A stretch of DNA of 63,991 nucleotides, counting the filler, from Octopus bimaculoides (taxonomy: Eukaryota): NCBI RefSeq assembly GCF_001194135.2. It is 10 parts of 9 records of this genome, joined end to end, with 100 filler letters (N's around TTAATTAATTAA, not from the genome) between each part and the next. Parts side by side here need not be neighbours in the genome. Positions count along the whole stretch, not along the records: positions 62,960 to 63,991 come from NW_026333632.1; 9 more parts are not named here. One strand, given 5' to 3'. The notes under the pieces are model-generated. The model saw only the letters and a program-made list of their open reading frames with translations, was not told the DNA's origin and searched no databases. Every line of letters starts with the position of its first letter. The stretch's first letter is position 1. Positions 62,860-63,991 of the stretch are shown here, piece after piece. The position numbers were made by a program, and so were the translations under genes.

Positions 62860-63463
62860 NNNNNNNNNNNNNNNNNNNNNNNNNNNNNNNNNNNNNNNNN
62901 NNNTTAATTAATTAANNNNNNNNNNNNNNNNNNNNNNNNNNNNNNNNNNNNNNNNNNNNTATATATATATATATATATACGTACGCAGAAATATACATAT
63001 ACAAATACTCTATATATATTATAATTTTAGTATATGTGTATAATTGCCCAAATGGCTGCTGCCTGAACGTTTGAGAATACAGACATGAATGTATGTACTT
63101 ATATATATATCTAATGTAAATTAAATTTGCTAGTATAGATTGTCTATTGAAAAGTGGACCGTTTGATGTTAAAAAGGGACAATTTCCGCGTTTCCCTCAC
63201 TCAATATATCTCACGTTGCTCTTTTTTTTCTTTTTCTCTGTGTCTGTCTATTTGTCTGTCTCTGTCGTACTCTCTCACTCTCTCCTCTTTCTTTTGCTCC
63301 CTCTCTATCGCTATGTACACACACGCACACACTCACTCTGATGCACACAAGTACACACACAGATATATATGTAGGAAGATGTATATTAATATATAGGTTA
63401 ATTTATATATAATGTATATATTGTATATATATATACACACACGCACTACATATATATGAACAC

Positions 63464-63494
<31 letters not shown>

Positions 63495-63991
63495 TGTATG
63501 TACGTATGTATGTACGTATCTATGTATGTATGTATGTATGTATGTATTTATGTAGGCATGTATGTTTGTAGTTGATCAGTTATTTACGAGTGAATACAAT
63601 CTCATTGCACCATTTAAACGTCCAATTCCAAAAAACCTGTAATTTGAAACCTTGCATTAATCATTATTCACTTGGTTGCTGTTATTAATATCATCACCAC
63701 CATCATAGAGTTTATAATCTTCAGCATGATATCAGCTTTCAAAAAGAGTAATTAAAGGGTTTAGTTTACAATTTATATAACATTGCTGCGGTCGGTTTAT
63801 TTAATACAAAAATCGGTTGGAACATAAATAATATTCGCGCCCATAAGAACTGATGTTGCGAAAAAAGAGGATCGACCTACCACTGATGATTCAACCCGTG
63901 ATATGTGATATATTTTCAATGGCCAACACCCATATATCAACTAAAACAAACACACACAGACACACAAGCATATAGATATAAGTATAAGTGT

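Noticed and set aside
7983-62916. Recurrent TTAATTAATTAA as a biological repeat or spacer array
   Set aside because: Always enclosed by N runs; it is an assembly linker.

Overview
AT-rich, microsatellite-dense eukaryotic scaffold with many N gaps. It is probably an Octopus draft assembly (inference from the tRNA-derived SINE families and repeat content). It is almost entirely intronic/intergenic transposon debris. IS630-Tc1-mariner remnants: a full-length dead Hsmar1-like mariner with perfect TIRs, a second Hsmar1-like copy, DD37D/maT-like, DD41D/rosa-like, two internally deleted mariners, a pogo/Tigger remnant and a weaker fragment at the window start. Other DNA elements: a GG-ended 8-bp-TSD MITE carrying TTAGGG repeats, and two fold-back/MITE-like inverted-repeat elements. 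LINE fragments: R4/Dong, Tx1, RTE and CR1. SINEs: over 20 copies from three modular families. The only convincing host coding sequence is one PAN/Apple-domain exon (60081-60319). The strongest signal, missed by the ORF track, is two apparent microsatellite-targeting retrotransposon systems. Four diverged R4/Dong-like 3' ends (plus one candidate) each abut (TAA)n on their sense strand. A stop-free Tx1-type RT and three matching-looking 3' ends abut (TATC)n, and that 3' end resembles the tail of a local SINE. No rRNA, true tRNA gene or CRISPR array was seen.
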